Shown: in pieces, positions 60,338 to 64,000 of the stretch
Numbering within the stretch: position 1 is the stretch's first letter
How the letters are laid out: the number at the start of each line of letters is the position of its first letter
Origin: Phoronis australis
Lineage: Eukaryota; Animalia; Phoronida
DNA length: 64,000 bases
Direction: 5' to 3'
NCBI GenBank assembly: GCA_002633005.1
Contig: NMRA01000264.1
Span: 380,859-444,858 of the forward strand
Position numbers and translations under genes: made by a program
Notes under the pieces: generated by a model
Databases searched by the model: none
Told to the model about the DNA's origin: nothing
What the model saw: the letters and a program-made list of their open reading frames with translations, nothing else

Positions 60338-60953
60338 TTAACTGGCAGCCATAACCTGCAAACAAAAGAATGTCAGTCTTTAAAGATACTCTTTCTGATC
60401 CGCTTAAGGAAAAAAATTACTGAAAATGAATAAGACCGCAAACTCTGTTTTTTTAAATAATTTCTGGTGGTGCACCAACAAAACGGCCGCCACAGTTGAA
60501 CAGTGTCGAACATCACTTTTTATGGATTGCCAGTCAAACAATAAAACATATAATCATGATTAGTTGATTAAAATTCATTTACATTGAGTAAAATGAAATA
60601 ATTAAATTATGACCAGAGATGCACAGAAAACTATCAAGACAAAAAATGAAAGATCAAGAGTACGTAGATTTTGGCATCCACAATAATCCTGGACGCAGGA
60701 CCAAATGGAAAAATAGAAAATCTACATGGTGGTGATTACATTCTAAAAATTCATCATCATGGTGAGGACCGGTTATAAAAGAAATTACAAACTAAAAGAC
60801 TCATTTCCTACCTTATTAAGAATCCCCTCGGGAGTGAGTTCCCTTCGTGAGGTAGCAAACAATGCGAGATGATTAGGATGAAACAATTCTCCAACAGCTG
60901 TCTTGTGAGTCGCAACTTTAGCTTTGGACATCGGCTTCACCTTGCCACCTACC
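60338..60953 (-). CDS. 3' end of an unidentified protein-coding gene (exons 60812-60953 and 60338-60355)
   Basis: ttctag|G GTA GGT...AAT AAG|gtagga gives VGGKVKPMSKAKVATHKTAVGELFHPNHLALFATSRRELTPEGILNK, then ttgcag|GTT ATG GCT GCC AGT TAA (VMAAS*). Splice sites are good, frames are open and phases match. Confidence 0.6.
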
Positions 60954-61435
60954 CTAGAATGTTATTGGCCAAACTTGTTTGGAAATGCATTTAATGTCAT
61001 GATATGATAAATTATATATACATTTAGTGAAAAACTAAATTGACAGGTTGTGTGTAACATTCTGATTCCATCCAACCAGGAAACAGACAACTACTGAAGC
61101 TCCTATACAATAAACCTTAATTAGCAACAAACCTACTTTCTGCTACAAAAATAAATCATTCAGCCACCTACCTAGTCGTCTACAAGACCTATGTTCGTAC
61201 TCTGTATTTTTCCCCCCCCCCATCCCGGGTGTCTGTTCAAAATTGTTCCTTTTCTCATTATACATTACCTGTTAGGCCGTTCCTAAGTTTTTTGTTTATA
61301 ATTTGTACATTTTCTTTAGGCTCTTCAGGTAGTTTTTTTGTTTTTTGTTTTGGTTCCATCATTAAGGGCTATTCATTGTACACCCCGATGGCGTTTTTTC
61401 CATGCCCATTTTGCAGAGTCTTATTTATTTTTTTT

Positions 61436-62261
61436 ACTTACGTCATAATAACTAACATTATCCTCAACCCTCATCTTGTTTTACTCTGTAACATAGCTCG
61501 TGGTGTACCCCGGGCAAATAGATTACAATGAAAACTAATTTTGATTCAGGTCACTTACGAATACTTCCCATGATTACGGAATTTATCTCAAATTATTCCT
61601 TCGTCAAATTCGAGGAAAATTACTGTCGGAAAAAACTGAGTTTGTTAGTTGGTTATTGCTTGAGGCCAAGCACTGCAATCTGGCTTGCCATTGGGGGGTT
61701 GTTTTATGAGCTTCGCGTCATCTTAAACAATAATAAACTGCAATTTCTCCAAGCTCAGAAGCCATGTTCTATTTGCTAAAAATTTGTCCTGAGACCACAC
61801 TAGCGAGCAGACCAAAGTTAGTCTGAAAACGCAAGTGCAAAGCGAAAGGTTTGGTGCGGACTATTTTTATTGGCTGTCCTAAATTGTCTCGCCGTGTCAC
61901 GCCCTTTCGATGTTGGTGCTCACTGTATACTACTTAAATATATATCAAAAGCAAATAAATCTAACCAGATAAGGAGTGGAGCAACACGCGCATTAACAGT
62001 AAAGCTTTAAAGTTCAGAAAGGAGAATCTTAGTATGGTCATATGGGAAAGGAGAAAATTTGTGACGGTAGGTTATCACACTGGTCTAAAATAGGTCCAGA
62101 CCAATGTGCTGAACAAGTGTGAACTAACTGTAATGCAAGAGCAGCTTAAGAGTAACTCAAAGCCCAACAGAATTACTTTCTTCCCAGGGTAACTAGGGAG
62201 GCTAAGATGGTATCCATGTTTGAGACAATTTTGAAACACTAGGTCAATTAGGTTGAGGTCG
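61436..62261 (+). repeat. Copy 1 of a local direct duplication (copy 2 is 63005-64000)
   Basis: Near-identical sequence; both copies give the MKTNF(D/E)SGHLRILP pseudo-ORF. Confidence 0.9.
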
Positions 62262-62386
62262 TGAACAGTACAAAAACAGTGCAATGAACTTGAACTATAC
62301 TCGCCTGGGTTCACGCCCATGTTCAGCTTAACACTCACAAACCGAAATTTTCAAATTAAGTTTCCTTTTTAAAGGCGAAGGCAACC

Positions 62387-62804
62387 TTTTTCATGTCATT
62401 TTCAGCAAAAATAGGGTTCGTTGATTATCCCAGACATATTTTTCACTTTTTTACAGCTTTTCGTAATTTAATTAATTACTCGTCGTCTACTCCGGAAGTG
62501 ACGTTTTGGGAGGCAAGAATTTCGCGCAAATTTCTTTTCATACAGTCTGACTGTGAGAGCAGTCGAGTCAGTCATTGTTCTACCTCGGTTGTGATAAGTT
62601 CGGTCGTCGTTTGCTTTTGTTTACGAGTCAGTCAACATGCCACGCTGTTGCTGCCTACCGAGAAGTACTCATTCTTGCCTCCTAAAACGTCACTTCCGGA
62701 GTAGAGGACGAGAAATTAATTAAATTACGAAAAGCTGTAATTAAGTGAAAAATATGTCTGGGATAATCAACAGACCTTATTTTTGCTAAACGTGACATGA
62801 AAAA
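62387..62804. mobile_element. Palindromic MITE-like element with ~134-bp inverted arms
   Basis: 62387-62520 is the near reverse complement of 62671-62804 (for example TACTCCGGAAGTGACGTTTT / AAAACGTCACTTCCGGAGTA). Confidence 0.8.
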
Positions 62805-63004
62805 NTTTGAAAAGACTATCCTTATTAATATTAAAGGCTTATGGTATTAGACAGGAAACTCTAACATTGTAACGTGTAAATATGTATATATGTATTGAAT
62901 ACCCGGACATGAAATTGCCACCTATACCAAATGTTGTAATGTAATATGTACAAATGAGATTAGCTCCAAGTGCAATAAACAACCTCTCTCTCTCTCTCTC
63001 TCTC

Positions 63005-64000
63005 ACTTACGTCATAATAAATAACATTATACCACAATATTAGCTTCAAATGGCAGATAAAACCGTGTAATAACCCATAAAGTTATCTCACTAGTGAGAT
63101 AACGATTTGGCGGGAAACCGAGGACGGAGACGAACCCGGGACCTTGGTATCGCTGATCACCGACTTTAACCACTACACCACGCAGCGACTGACGTCTATA
63201 TTTATCCTCAATCCTCATCTTGTTTTACTCTGTAACATAGCTCGTGGTGTACCCCGGGCAAATAGATTACAATGAAAACTAATTTTGAATCAGGTCACTT
63301 ACGAATACTTCCCATGATTACGGAATTTATCTCAAATTATTCCTTCGTCAAATTCGAGGAAAATTACTGTCGAAAAAAACTGAGTTTGTTAGATGGTTAT
63401 TGCTTGAGGCCAAGCACTGCAATCTGGCTTGCCATTGGGGGTTGTTTTATGAGCTTCACGTCATCTTAAACAATAATAAACTGCAATTTCTCCAAGCTCA
63501 GAAGCCATGTTCCATTTGCTAAAAATTTGTCCTGAGACCGGACTAGCGAGCAGACCAAAGTTAGTCTGAAAACGCTAGTGCAAAGCGAAAGGTTTGGTGC
63601 GGACTATTTTTATCGGCTGTCCTAAATTGTCTCGCCATGTCACGCCCTTTCGATGTTGGTGCTCACTGTATACTACTTAAATATATATCAAAAGCAAATC
63701 TAACAAGATAAGGAGTGGAGCAACACGCGCACTAACAGTGAAGCTCTAAAGTTCAGAAAGGATAATCTTAGTACGGTCATATGGGAAAGGAGAAAATTTG
63801 TGACGGTGGGTTATCACACTGGTATAAAATAGGTCCAGACCAATGTGCTGAACAAGTGTGAACTAACTGTAATGCAAGAGCAGCTTAAGAGTAACTCAAA
63901 GCCCTACAGAATTACTTTCTTCCCAGGGTAACTAGGGAGGCTAAGATGGTATCCATGTTTGAGACAATTTTGAAACACTAGGCCAATTAGGTTGAGGTCG
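63005..64000 (+). repeat. Copy 2 of the local direct duplication, running off the window end
   Basis: Matches 61436-62261 apart from a 175-bp extra segment and scattered substitutions. Confidence 0.9.
63031..63205 (-). mobile_element. tRNA-derived SINE-like segment
   Basis: Minus-strand A-box TGGTGTAGTGG (63170-63180) and B-box-like GGTTCGTCTCC (63126-63136). The segment is absent from duplicate copy 1 and has TTAT at both junctions. Confidence 0.65.

Noticed and set aside
61528-61779. Duplicated ORF MKTNF(D/E)SGHLRILP (also 63272-63469)
   Set aside because: There is a frameshift between copies, no domain and no splice support. It reflects the DNA duplication only.

Overview
AT-rich, intron-rich metazoan genomic DNA, probably from an invertebrate (species not determinable). 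Manual splicing gives four protein-coding genes. (1) The last three exons of TAF11 (+, 5547-9354). (2) A complete kinesin-2 KIF17/OSM-3-like gene (-, 17 coding exons, 14890-34375, about 969 aa). (3) A complete PSMD2/RPN1 gene (+, 21 coding exons, 35999-56456, about 900 aa), head-to-head with KIF17. (4) The last two exons of an unidentified gene (-, 60338-60953). The last PSMD2 intron has U12-type (minor spliceosome) signals. Introns hold many non-autonomous elements with readable TIRs and TSDs, a THAP-domain transposon remnant, a satellite-carrying element with nine CTCF-like motifs, SINE-like inserts and minisatellites. There is a 183-N gap and a possibly artefactual duplication at the right end. 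I found no convincing wholly new biological system. The best leads are splicing oddities and transposon structures. Most ORFs in the supplied track are spurious.
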